Source: Pseudomonadota bacterium (GTDB lineage: Archaea; Thermoplasmatota; SW-10-69-26; JACQPN01; JAJPHT01). From it: 64,000 nucleotides of DNA. Shown piece after piece: positions 1-10,400 of this stretch. The number at the start of each line of letters is the position of its first letter. The stretch's first letter is position 1. A program made the position numbers and the translations under genes. Under the pieces are notes generated by a model. That model was given only the letters and a program-made list of their open reading frames with translations, did no database searches and was not told the origin of the DNA. The DNA lies in contig JAJPHT010000026.1 in the NCBI GenBank assembly GCA_021325135.1, forward strand, positions 32,001 through 96,000, in the 5' to 3' direction.

Positions 1-185
1 CTTGTCTCCCCCAAAGGTGACAACGGACCGATTATGGCCCGGCAGACCGGCTGCGGAGACCGAAGTGGAGGCGAATGCGTGAACCCCGTTGAGGCCGTGG
101 GCAGCGTGCCCCGGGTCCCCCTTGGGCGATCCTCGCGGGTGAGCCACTTCTACGCAATCTGAGGCAATAAGGAGGTGTCCCCTAC

Positions 186-1664
186 ATGGTCAACAAGAGA
201 ATGCTGGCCGTCGCGGCCGTGCTGGTCCTCGCGGTGCCCGCCTTGGGCGCTGCGGCGACCATCGTCACGGGCCCCGTCCAGGAGCAGCTCGTGGAAGGCC
301 ACACGGTCTTCACGGTCATCCAGGTCGCGGTCAACAACACGACGGTCTCGGCGAAGTTCGCCGCGGCCGTCGCTGTCCTCGTCCGCGAGCAGACCAACTC
401 GAATGCCAACTTCCGCTTCCCCGGCGTCCTGTGGTTCAACGACCAGTACCTCGTGAACCCCAGCTCGCCCAGCAGCGGCTCCAACTCGTACCGCTACCCC
501 TGCGGCGGCGCCGTCATGGCCGTCAACCAGGGCGACCCGGACCCCCGCATGCTCCTCGTGGACGCGGGCGACCGCACGCTGCCCACGGCCACGCGCCAGG
601 GCGGCTCGGACCACGACCTCGTGACCGGCGTCGGCTACGGCGACAACCGCTCCCTCGTGGGCGTCAACACCGCCAACCCCGACGTCTACACCGACACGGG
701 CCTGAGCGTGATCCAGGGCGGCGCGGGCTCCGACTACGTGGAGTCCTACACCATCACCGACCCCAACGACCACACCTGGCAGATCGACAAGTACCAGGCC
801 TACACCCACGACGGCCTGACCAGCGGCACGGGCCAGACCATCTACAACTACCCCGTGTGGGTCGTCAACATCATGGGCGGCCGCGTCTTTATCCCCGACG
901 ACGGCACCACCAGCTGCCAGCCCTACGTCGACCAGGTCCTCAGCCAGGTCTACGGCACCGCCCCGGTGCCCCCGGCGGACCAGGTGTACCCTGAGGAGCA
1001 GTCCAGAAGTCTCTACTGCAGCACGCCGACCCTCCAGGGCCACGGCAGCCCGCTGGACATGCCCGCGCGCGACCAGCCTGGCGAGCCCTGCAAGACCAAC
1101 TACGTCGAGCCTGCGGGCAACTCGCCCTCGGGCGCCGGCGTCCCTGGTGACAACACCAGCGGCGGCTACTGCTACGACGGGAACGTGCACACGGCGGGCA
1201 CGAACTGCACGGACACGAACCTGTACCCCGTGCGGATTTACAACGCCCTGCTGTACTTCCACTTCGAGGACCTGCACACGACGGGCGTCATCACCCACGA
1301 CGCGTCCAACACGGACACCAACGGCTGTCAGGCGGGCACGGAGTGGGCTTGCCCCAACGGCGACGACAACGCCGAGGGCAACAGCCACCCCTTCAACCCG
1401 TACGGCGACAGCTCGGTGAGCCCCGGCAGCGGCCCCAACACGGCCCAGGCCTGCCCGCCCGCGGCGGAAGGCAGCAACCCCGTGAACCACGGCGGCTCGG
1501 ACGGCAGCAACCTGTGCAACCACTCCCACGCGGTCGCGCAGATTGACCTGTACTTCTCGCCCGCCGGCCGCCCGATGCCCCCGCTCAACCCCCACCCGGG
1601 CGACGCGACGCGGGACTCGGACACCCAGGGCAGCAGCGCGCCCTTCGCGGGCACGGGCCCGTAA
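186..1664 (+). CDS. Secreted Cys/Gly/Pro-rich hypothetical protein (492 aa)
   Basis: Signal peptide MVNKRMLAVAAVLVLAVPALGAAA; strong SD AAGGAGGTG upstream; C/G-ending codon bias; 10 Cys; no recognisable catalytic motif. Confidence 0.8.
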   Translation: MVNKRMLAVAAVLVLAVPALGAAATIVTGPVQEQLVEGHTVFTVIQVAVNNTTVSAKFAAAVAVLVREQTNSNANFRFPGVLWFNDQYLVNPSSPSSGSNSYRYPCGGAVMAVNQGDPDPRMLLVDAGDRTLPTATRQGGSDHDLVTGVGYGDNRSLVGVNTANPDVYTDTGLSVIQGGAGSDYVESYTITDPNDHTWQIDKYQAYTHDGLTSGTGQTIYNYPVWVVNIMGGRVFIPDDGTTSCQPYVDQVLSQVYGTAPVPPADQVYPEEQSRSLYCSTPTLQGHGSPLDMPARDQPGEPCKTNYVEPAGNSPSGAGVPGDNTSGGYCYDGNVHTAGTNCTDTNLYPVRIYNALLYFHFEDLHTTGVITHDASNTDTNGCQAGTEWACPNGDDNAEGNSHPFNPYGDSSVSPGSGPNTAQACPPAAEGSNPVNHGGSDGSNLCNHSHAVAQIDLYFSPAGRPMPPLNPHPGDATRDSDTQGSSAPFAGTGP

Positions 1665-1776
1665 AACGGGTGCACAGCAAACTTGAATAAGCCGGGGAGG
1701 GAGCCAAGCTCCCTCCCCGCACCCCATCTTTTCCGATCCTCGAACGCGACACGAAGACGACCCGGAGCGCGACGAC

Positions 1777-2388
1777 ATGGCCGACCCCGAGAGCTGGACG
1801 CCCTATGGCCTGGAGGCCATCCGCGTGCGCCACCTCCGGAGGCGCCGCATCATCGCCGCCATCGTCCTGGGCCTCGTCGCGCTCCTCATCCTGGCCTTCA
1901 CGGGCACGACCTCCAACCGGCAGACCCAGATCTTCCAGAACGGGCAGCAGGTGGGGGACGGCAACCAGATCAGCATCGACGTCCCGGACCAGAGCAAGCC
2001 CAAGGACGGGCCCGTCACGGTGGCCCTCTCGCCCGGACGCATCACGCTGGCGGACACGTCGCAGCAGGCGCCGGCCTCCAGCATCACGCGCGCCGACGTG
2101 CCCGGCTTCTCCGGCGCCGCGGCGCTCAACTGGAACTACTATCTCATCCTCTACGGCCCGTGGGCGCTCCTGGGCCTCGCGGCGTTCCTGCTGGCCAAGC
2201 GGCGCGGGAAGCACGACGAGATCAACTACGGCGTCTACAAGGGCTCCATGCCCCTGGAGATGATCAGCGCCCAGGCCCGCCACCACGTCTTCACGACGCG
2301 CCACGCCAAGACCAGCGTCTTCGGCAAGCGCCGCGAGGACCATGTCCCTGGCCACGCGGTGCGCGTCCCCCAGGAGGGCGACCCGTGA
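1777..2388 (+). CDS. Hypothetical two-TM membrane protein (203 aa)
   Basis: Hydrophobic segments IIAAIVLGLVALLILAF and YYLILYGPWALLGLAAFLL flanked by basic residues; typical codon bias. Confidence 0.75.
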   Translation: MADPESWTPYGLEAIRVRHLRRRRIIAAIVLGLVALLILAFTGTTSNRQTQIFQNGQQVGDGNQISIDVPDQSKPKDGPVTVALSPGRITLADTSQQAPASSITRADVPGFSGAAALNWNYYLILYGPWALLGLAAFLLAKRRGKHDEINYGVYKGSMPLEMISAQARHHVFTTRHAKTSVFGKRREDHVPGHAVRVPQEGDP

Positions 2389-2466
2389 GCCCCATCACCT
2401 TCACCAATCCGCCGGCTGGCGCGTGGGAGCGCGCGGCGCGGCGTCCGCAACAGGGAGGCGACTTCG

Positions 2467-3165
2467 TTGACCAACGGGAGGAAGGGGGGCCGCGACCCGC
2501 GGCCAGGATTGCAGGGCCGCGCCCCTGAGTGGACGCTGTTGGGCCTCGCGGCGATCGCTGCGCTGGGCCTGGGCGCGCTGGGGCACCCCGCGTGGGGCTC
2601 GCTCCTCGGCGCGGTCGCGCTCTACAACCGCGTCCAGCGCGAGGGCTCCTTCGAGAACGAGACGCGCCGACGCATCTTCGAGGAGGTCCGCACGCACCCG
2701 GGCCAGTCCATCGCCGAGATCGCGACAACCGTGGGCGTCAGCCACAGCACCGCGAGCTATCACCTGGAGCGCCTCAGCGCCTTCAGCCTCCTGGCGTCCA
2801 CGCAGGATGGCAACAAGATGCGCTTCTTCGTGAACGGCGGCACGTTCACCGAGGAGGAGCGACGCGTCCTCTCCGCCCTCTCCAACGCCGAGACGCGCAA
2901 CGTCCTGGCCACCGTGCTCGCGCGCCCCGGGAGCTACCGCGCCGAATTGACGCAGGTCCTCGGCGTCTCCAGCCCCACCGTGAACTGGCACCTGGCGCGC
3001 CTCCTCGCGGCGGGGCTCGTGGCGGAGGAGCCGCGCGGACGCAACCGTTACCTCTTCGCCGACGCGCGGAGGCTGAAGCTCCTCTTCGAGACGCTGGCCT
3101 CCAAGGTCAACGGCACGCAGTATGATGAGGCGGGGCTGCAGGAACTGTTGCGGCTTTGTGGATGA
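2467..3165 (+). CDS. Membrane-anchored tandem winged-helix (ArsR-like) transcriptional regulator; start uncertain
   Basis: N-terminal hydrophobic stretch then LYNRV...RRRIFEEVRTHPG...STASYHLERL and a second wHTH ...SPTVNWHLARLLAAGLV; paralogous to the C-terminus of 48180-49820. Confidence 0.8.
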   Translation: MTNGRKGGRDPRPGLQGRAPEWTLLGLAAIAALGLGALGHPAWGSLLGAVALYNRVQREGSFENETRRRIFEEVRTHPGQSIAEIATTVGVSHSTASYHLERLSAFSLLASTQDGNKMRFFVNGGTFTEEERRVLSALSNAETRNVLATVLARPGSYRAELTQVLGVSSPTVNWHLARLLAAGLVAEEPRGRNRYLFADARRLKLLFETLASKVNGTQYDEAGLQELLRLCG

Positions 3166-3223
3166 TCCTTTCACGGGATTTCTCCATAAGCTTCATGTCG
3201 AGATTCCTTGTGCTGCGCGGTGC

Positions 3224-4033
3224 ATGTTATCACAGTCAGGTTCGGTTTGCATCGCCTTCCTTTTTGTTTCCATTGCCTTTCTTGCTTGTGCTCCAGCGGG
3301 CTCTGCCGCAGAAACAACAGTCGTCGTCAATGGGGCCGGCGTGCTCGACGCCTTTGGCACCTATCGAGATTCATCTGGGCAGACCCAATCCTGCTTCACC
3401 GACAGCGGGGTAAGCATCAGCATTGCTCTCGAAGGGTCAGACGTCCTCTCGTTCACCGCCTTTGGTGGAGGCACGGGAATTGGACAGTTCCTTCTGGCCG
3501 GGAACGGCGAGAGTGCAACGTTTGTCAACGGCCAGGTTGGAGCCGCTCTGCCGTGCGTCACAGACAGCATTCAGTTCAGCACATTCGTCGTGGATTGCGC
3601 GACGAATCATGTCACCATCCAGGGATCTGGGGCCGTCTACTCGATCTCCGTAACGTCCTCCAATTCCCCGTGCACCTCCTCGCCTGACGAAGTCGTTTGC
3701 TTCGTCTACAATCCAGCTGCGCTGCTTAATACGTGCATCCAGTTGGGCGACGATACCGTGAGCGTCCCTGTCCCCGCAGTCGGAACGGAGCCCCAGACGG
3801 AGAACGTCCCCACGGTCACGCCGACGACGACTCCGCTCCCCGTCTGCGTGCTCGGCCCCGAATGCGTGGACGTGCCCGTCCCAGGGGTCATCCTCGGGAG
3901 CGAGCCCATCACAGTGCCGTTCCCGACAGTGGGCACGCAGGACCTGCCGGTCACCGTCCCCACGCCCACCGGCTACGTCGAGATCACCGCTCTCTGCGGC
4001 TCCGTGGGCTCGCTCTGCCGCGTGACCCTGTAG
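3224..4033 (+). CDS. Secreted Cys-rich protein with Pro/Val/Thr-rich tail; locally low GC
   Basis: In-frame ATG at 3224 precedes signal-like IAFLFVSIAFLACAPAGSAA; many A/T-ending codons in the 5' two-thirds. Confidence 0.6.
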   Translation: MLSQSGSVCIAFLFVSIAFLACAPAGSAAETTVVVNGAGVLDAFGTYRDSSGQTQSCFTDSGVSISIALEGSDVLSFTAFGGGTGIGQFLLAGNGESATFVNGQVGAALPCVTDSIQFSTFVVDCATNHVTIQGSGAVYSISVTSSNSPCTSSPDEVVCFVYNPAALLNTCIQLGDDTVSVPVPAVGTEPQTENVPTVTPTTTPLPVCVLGPECVDVPVPGVILGSEPITVPFPTVGTQDLPVTVPTPTGYVEITALCGSVGSLCRVTL

Positions 4034-4100
4034 AGAGCGAACCCCCAACCCGCCGGGCGCGCCGCTGCCGCGGCCCGGCACGCCCTCCTTTTTCCCGCTC

Positions 4101-5894
4101 CTAAGCGCCCACGGCCCTCAGCACGAGGAACAGCACGGCGGTCCCCATGGCCTGGATGCCGATGGTGGCGGCGGTGAGCTCCAGCGTGATGGAGGCCATG
4201 GTGTTGATCGACGCGGTCAGCTGCACGGTCTTCTGGTTGCCGAAGACGCGGAAGTCCTCCAGCACGCCCTTCTTGCCGCCGCTGGCGACGGGCTCCAGGT
4301 CCGCGATGGCCTTCTCCACGGCGGCGCGGGTGGCCTTGGCGATCTCGCGGGGCGGGGCCGCGTGGCCCACGGGTCCGTAGCTGCCGGCGATGGCGTTCAC
4401 GGAGTGGTTGTCCGTGGTCATCACCTGGAAGCCGTCCACGAGGTCCTTGAGCGCCTCGCCCACGGCGCGCGTGACGTCGGGCACGGCGTTGTTGCCGTCC
4501 CAGAGGACGTAGGCGAAGCGCTGGCCGCCGGTTTCGGTGACGAGCGCCTGGACGCCCTGCGCGCCGATGAGGTGGTCCTTGCCGAAGGTCGTCTTGTCCT
4601 GGGCGATGCCGACGCGCAGCGCGCCGGTGGGCGTCTCCTTGCACGCGCGCGAGGCGCCGCGGGCGGCCTCGGCGATGGCGTCGGCGCGCGGCGTGCACAT
4701 GAGCACCTGCCCCGCGCCGGGGAGGAGGCTGTTGTGGCAGTCGACGAAGAACGCGCGGTCGACGCCCTCCAGCTCCGCCTGCAGCTCGGCGATGTGGCCC
4801 ACGCCGTAGTCCACGTCGTCGATGGGCAGCGGCCAGGAGGTGTAGGTCAGGAGCGCGGTGTCGCCGAAGACCTGGGACGTGACGCGGATGTCCTCGCCGG
4901 CGGTGTGCGCGGCGCTGCCCCCTTCGGCGTACTTGATCTCCTTGAGGAGGTCCGCCGCGGCGCGGCCGAAGCGCTCCACCTCCTTGCTGGAGACGGGGTT
5001 GTAGTCGTGGGTCGCCGCGCCGTGGGGCACCATCACCATGTCGGCCTGCGGCATCGCCTCGGCGACCTTGGCGGGCAGGTCGCTGCCGCCCAGCTTCCCG
5101 ATGGGCCCGGGGTGCAGCGCGGGCACGACGATGGCCGCCTTGATGGAGCCGTCGCGGCGCTGGAACGCGATGAGGCCGAAGCGCGCGCGGATGGGCTCCG
5201 CGAAGCGGCTGAGGATCTCCTCGCCGTCCATGCGCCCGCTGGTGAGGTGGTCCAGGTAGTAACGGAACAGCTCGGACGCGCTCACCTTGAAGTTGTTCTT
5301 CAGCGGCGTGTCGAAGACGTGCAGGAAGAAGACCAGCGGCGCGAGGAAGATGACGCCCAGCGCCAGGAGGATCAGAAGCTCGCGCTGCCCGAAGCCGGGG
5401 ACCAGCGCGGCCATGAAGGGGACCGCGGCGAGGACCTGGAGGATGGCGACGAGCATGCTGCGCCAGTGGCGGTTGTCGCTGGTGATCCAGAGCGCGGTAT
5501 GGCGGAAGCTCGTCCCCATGAGGTAGCCCACGAGGAGGACGTGCGCGACGGGCAGGCGCCACGCCACCCGCAGCGGGATGCTGGCCACGAGCGCCACGCC
5601 CACGAGGCTCATGGCGACGGCGCTGATGAACGCCGCGCGCTTGTAGTAGAGCGTGCCCCCCAGCGCGTTGGCCAGGGGCGCCGAGAGGGGGCCCGCCAGG
5701 AGCGCCGGGACGCCCAGCGCGAGGAGGCCCACCAGCATGCCGTGGGGCGTCGCCTCGATGGCGAGGCCCAGCACCGCGGCGGCCACGACGACGTAGGCGT
5801 AGGTGAGGAGGGTGGGCGGCGCGTTGAACACGACCGAGGAGATCTTCGCGGACTGCTCCAGGCTGCCCTGGATGCTGTCCTCGTCGTGGGCCAC
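4101..5894 (-). CDS. DUF2070-family archaeal membrane protein
   Basis: N-terminal multi-TM half; motifs HPGP..LGGSDLP, HGAATHDYNP, DCHN, DGNN, TTDNH; TTATAA box 30 nt upstream of GTG. Confidence 0.8.
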   Translation of the reverse strand: MAHDEDSIQGSLEQSAKISSVVFNAPPTLLTYAYVVVAAAVLGLAIEATPHGMLVGLLALGVPALLAGPLSAPLANALGGTLYYKRAAFISAVAMSLVGVALVASIPLRVAWRLPVAHVLLVGYLMGTSFRHTALWITSDNRHWRSMLVAILQVLAAVPFMAALVPGFGQRELLILLALGVIFLAPLVFFLHVFDTPLKNNFKVSASELFRYYLDHLTSGRMDGEEILSRFAEPIRARFGLIAFQRRDGSIKAAIVVPALHPGPIGKLGGSDLPAKVAEAMPQADMVMVPHGAATHDYNPVSSKEVERFGRAAADLLKEIKYAEGGSAAHTAGEDIRVTSQVFGDTALLTYTSWPLPIDDVDYGVGHIAELQAELEGVDRAFFVDCHNSLLPGAGQVLMCTPRADAIAEAARGASRACKETPTGALRVGIAQDKTTFGKDHLIGAQGVQALVTETGGQRFAYVLWDGNNAVPDVTRAVGEALKDLVDGFQVMTTDNHSVNAIAGSYGPVGHAAPPREIAKATRAAVEKAIADLEPVASGGKKGVLEDFRVFGNQKTVQLTASINTMASITLELTAATIGIQAMGTAVLFLVLRAVGA

Positions 5895-5918
5895 GGGGCG
5901 GGGAGCCCGCCTGGAGGG

Positions 5919-7289
5919 TTATAAGGGTTCGGCGCTCAGGAGCGCCCCCGCCGTGTCGAACGAGCGTCCGTCCTTCGTGGTGGTCCACACGGCGAAAGCG
6001 CCCGCGGGCCCGGCGGCGAGGCCGAGGTAGTCGCCCAGGGACGAGGGGGGCGCTGCGATGTCCGGGTCCAGCGTGAGGTCGGCGCGCCACGAGCCGGGCC
6101 GCAGCGCGACCGCCATCATCCGCGCCCCCTGCGCGGTGGCGTGGGCGAACGTGACGTAGACGACGCCGCGCGCGTCCGCCGCCACCGAGGGGAGGATGCG
6201 GCCGGGCGCCTCGGGTTGGTCCAGCGGGAGGGGCGCGGTCCACGTCGCGCCGCCGTCGTCCGACCACGAGAGGGTGGGCGCGTGCGGGACGCTCTCCATC
6301 TCGCCGGACGCCTGGGGCGCGGGCGCCACGAGAAGGACGCGCTCCCGCCCGCTCTCCCGCGCCACGGCGAGGGAGGGCATCCAGTCGGCGGGCGCGACGG
6401 CACGGTCGGTCCACGTCGCGCCCTGGTCGCGGGAGGCTGCGACGTGGGCCGTGCGCGCGGCGAGGTCCACGTACCCGACGTACCAGGCGCCCTCCGAGCC
6501 GATGGCCGGAGCCGAGCCCTGGAGGTCGGCGCCGCGGGCGACGAAGCCGGGCGCGCTCCACGAGCGGCCGCCGTCGCGGGAGACGACGAAGGCGATGTCG
6601 GAACGCCTCGCGGGCGCGGAGGGCTCGCCCCCGGCGATGTCCGTGTAGGTGAGCAGCGCCGTGCCGTCGGGCCCCGTGGCGAGCCACGGCTTGTCGGGCG
6701 TGCGGAAGAGGGGCGGGGACGGGAGCGGCACGGGGAGCGAGGCCTCTGCGCCCGCGCCCTGGCTGCGCGCGACGGTCACGGGCTCCTCGAAGTGGCGGCC
6801 CCCGTCGGGCGACCTCACCGAGTAGAGCCGCACGTCCGTGAGGACGCCGCCGCCCGGCGTCGAGACGTAGCGCAGCGTGGCGCCCGTGGCCAGGAGCGTG
6901 CCGTCCGGCAGGAACGCCAGCACGGGGTCGCCCACGACGTTGGGCGCGGTGGGGTCCGAGGGGGTGCCCATGGGCTCCGTGTAGCGCAGCTCGGTGACGT
7001 TCCACGTGCGGCCCCCGTCGCGGGAGTCGTGCACGTCGAACCAGAGCACGTAGTTCACCGGGAGCGTGGCCGCCAGCGTGCGCGTGGCCACCACGACGTG
7101 CTGCGGGTCGAGCGGGTCGACCGCCGCGTGGGGCTCCCAGCCGGAGTGGGCCGTCGCATCGATGGGCAGCTTGCACGGGCCCACGCACGAGAAGGAGGGG
7201 GCGTCGGTGGCGGCCGGCCGCAGGGGGGCCCCGACGCAGCCGGGCAGGAGGAGGACGAGGATCGACGCCGCCAGCAGGCCGCGCAACAA
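5919..7289 (-). CDS. Lipoprotein with BNR/Asp-box repeats (sialidase-like beta-propeller)
   Basis: Lipobox LLLPGC; repeated S-x-D-x-G-x-x-W/F boxes (SRDGGRTW, SPDGGRHF, SRDGGRSW, SRDQGATW, SDDGGATW); DKPW and GDY motifs. Confidence 0.8.
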   Translation of the reverse strand: MLRGLLAASILVLLLPGCVGAPLRPAATDAPSFSCVGPCKLPIDATAHSGWEPHAAVDPLDPQHVVVATRTLAATLPVNYVLWFDVHDSRDGGRTWNVTELRYTEPMGTPSDPTAPNVVGDPVLAFLPDGTLLATGATLRYVSTPGGGVLTDVRLYSVRSPDGGRHFEEPVTVARSQGAGAEASLPVPLPSPPLFRTPDKPWLATGPDGTALLTYTDIAGGEPSAPARRSDIAFVVSRDGGRSWSAPGFVARGADLQGSAPAIGSEGAWYVGYVDLAARTAHVAASRDQGATWTDRAVAPADWMPSLAVARESGRERVLLVAPAPQASGEMESVPHAPTLSWSDDGGATWTAPLPLDQPEAPGRILPSVAADARGVVYVTFAHATAQGARMMAVALRPGSWRADLTLDPDIAAPPSSLGDYLGLAAGPAGAFAVWTTTKDGRSFDTAGALLSAEPL

Positions 7290-7448
7290 GCCACCAGGCA
7301 GGGAATCGAGGGGTCGAGCTTGGCCTTGACGGGTGGACCCGGATAGGCTCTCCCGAAGGTTGTCGACCCGCCGCGTGACACGGAATCGGCCATGCGGCGG
7401 CGCGTCGAAGGGAGGCCGGGAAGGCTCAGCGCCAGGGAGGGGAAGGCG

Positions 7449-10400
7449 TTGCTACAGAAGATTCTCGTGATCCTTGTCGGGCTCGTCATGTCGCTGGTGG
7501 GCGCGTTCGCGCCCAGCTCCAGCCTGTTCGCCTCGCACCCCGCGCCGGACGCCGGCTTGAGCCTCGCGTCCTCGGCCGCGCACGACGAGACGCTGGCCAC
7601 GGTGCGCGTGGCCGACGGCACCGCCTTCGCCAAGGTCAGCGTCCTCTGGGTCGAGGTCGACGGCCAGCGCGTCAGCGAGGACGCCTGGGGCACGGGCGAC
7701 GTGAAGGAGCTTCGCTTTAAAATTGGCACCAAGGACGTCGACGGCCTCGCCCTCGCCGTGGGCGACAAGGTGATCGCGGTCCACCCCACCGACGTGCTCA
7801 CCGTGCGCACCTTCAACGGCCAGTTCGCGTACCGCGGCCTGGGCACGCCCGCCGCCACCCTCGCGCTCCAGGGCACCGTGAAGACGGCGCTGGTGAGCCA
7901 GGGCGCCGCGACGCAGCGCGTGCAGACCGAGGCGGCCGCGCCGCGCGTCGCGCAGCCGGCCCCCGCCGACGGCCGCCTCGCCTACGTCGTCCTCGACACG
8001 GGCGAGCATCTCGACACCGTGGACGTGCAGTCCACCTCGCAGCGCTTCTACACCGAGGAGACGGCGGCCACGTCCCCCCAGCCCGGCAATCTCCTCGCGC
8101 GCTACGTGAAGATCGACGGCCGCCTCGTGAAGGACTACACCAGCGGCGACGGCAGCCTGGGCACCATCGAGTTCCAGCCCGCCGCGGCGGACACCGCGGG
8201 CGGCCTCGTCGCCGTGGACGGCCAGCCCGCCACCGTCGACGCCAACGCCAAGGTCCTCGTCAAGGACTTCGTGGGCGAGTACCTCGTCTACCAGGTGGCC
8301 GACGGCCTCGTGCGCCTGCGCCTCGACGGCTACGCCGCCAACTACACCACCGGGGACGCCGCGAGCCTCCCCGCGTCGGCGGGCGCGGACGTCCTCAACG
8401 CCGCGTTCGACTTCGAGCCCAAGAGCCCGCGCACGTCCGACACCCTCGCGTTCCACGACCGCTCCTCCGCCGAGGGCTACGTCGTCTTCCGCCAGTGGGA
8501 CTTCGGCGACAACCAGACCAGCGTCGTCTCCGACCCCACGCACCGCTACGCCCTCCCCGGCGTCTACGAGGTGCGCCTCAACGTCACCGACAACGACCTC
8601 CACCAGCGCGAGGTCGTCATCCCGGTCATCGTGCGCAACGCCGACCCCGTGCCCGCCTTCGACTTCGCCCCGCGCGTCGTCGACACCGGCACCCTCGTCG
8701 CGTTCACCGACCGCAGCGACGACGCCGACGGCGCGGTCGTCAACTGGAGCTGGGACTTCGGCGACGGCGCCCACGCCTTCCAGCGCAACCCCACCCACCA
8801 GTACCAGGCCGCCGGCAACCTCACCGTCACCCTCACCGCCACCGACAACCTCGGCGGCCGCCAGAGCCTCTCGCGCGTCATCATCGTGCGCGACGCGCCC
8901 CCCCTGGCCAACTTCGTCTTCGAGCCCACCGACGCGCAGACGCTCACCCCCGTGCAGTTCATCGACCGCTCCACCGACCGCGACGGCGTCGTCGTCGCCT
9001 GGAACTGGAGCTTCGGCGACGGCTCCTACGCCGAAGGCAGCGCGCCCACGCACACGTTCGAGAAGCCCGGCGCCTACTCCGTGAGCCTCACGGCCTACGA
9101 CAACAACGGCGTCGCCAGCACGCTCACGCAGCAGGTCATCGCCCTCAACCGGCCGCCCGTCGCGGACTTCGCGTGGACGCCCCAGGGCGGCCCCGTGAAC
9201 GTCCCCGTCACGTTCACCAGCACCTCCTACGACCCCGAGGGGCTGCCGCTGATCACGCAGTGGGACTTCGGCGACGGAAGCTCGGGCTCCCTGGGCCCCA
9301 CGGCGCAGCACGTCTTCCCGCGCCACGGCGAATACAACGTCACCGTCCACGTCACCGACGGCCTCGCGCAGACCTCGCTCACGCGCTCCGTCTCCGTCGC
9401 CGACAGCGCGCCCCGCGCGAGCCTGAGCCTCACGCCCAACCCCGCCTACCGCGGCACGGTGGTCCTCTTCGCCGACACCAGCACCGACCTCGACGGCGAC
9501 CCCATCGTCGCGCGCTCGTGGAGCTTCGGCGACGGCCAGACCAGCACGCTGGCGTTCCCCAACCACACGTATTCCGCGCTGGGCGACTACCCCATCACGC
9601 TCACCGTGCGCGACGGCGCCAACATGTCGTCCTTCGTGACGACCACGCTGCACGTCATCAACCGCCCGCCCATCGGCGCCGCGCGCTTCTCGCCCGCGCT
9701 CCCCGTCGCGCGGCAGCTCATCACGCTGGACGCCACGGCCACCGACCCCGACGGCCCCGCCAACGAGACGTTCACCTACGCGTGGACCTTCTCCGACGGC
9801 GGCGCCCCCGCCAGCGGCCCCGAGGTCACCCACGCCTTCCAGGCCACCGGAGACTACACCGTCACCCTCGTCGTCACCGACGCGGAAGGGGGCGTCAGCT
9901 CGCCGGTCCTCACGCGCATCCACGTCGGCCTCGCCGATCCCCTGCCCGCGTTCACCTGGAATCCGCTGATCCCCAACGCGGGCGAGACCGTCACCTTCAC
10001 CGACCAGTCCACGAGCCCCAACGGCGCCATCCAGTCGTGGGCGTGGGACTTCGGCGATGGCTCCCCCGAGTCCGGCGCGCGCAACCCCACGCACGCCTTC
10101 CCCAGCGACCAGGTCTACGCGGTGCTCCTCACCGTCACCGACTCCGAGGGCCAGCTGGCCACCACCGCGCAGAACGTCACCGTGAACGGTTTCCCCGTCG
10201 CGGCGTTCGTGGCGCCCACGGCGCCCCTCTCCGCGGGCGGCGTCGCGCAGTTCACCGACGAGTCGCACGACCCCGACGGCGACGCGCTCACCTACGCGTG
10301 GGACTTCGGCGACGGCGCCCACAGCACCGCGCAGAACCCCTCGCACCCCTACCTGTCGCCCGGCGCCTACACCGCGCGCCTCACCGTCACCGACCCCCAC

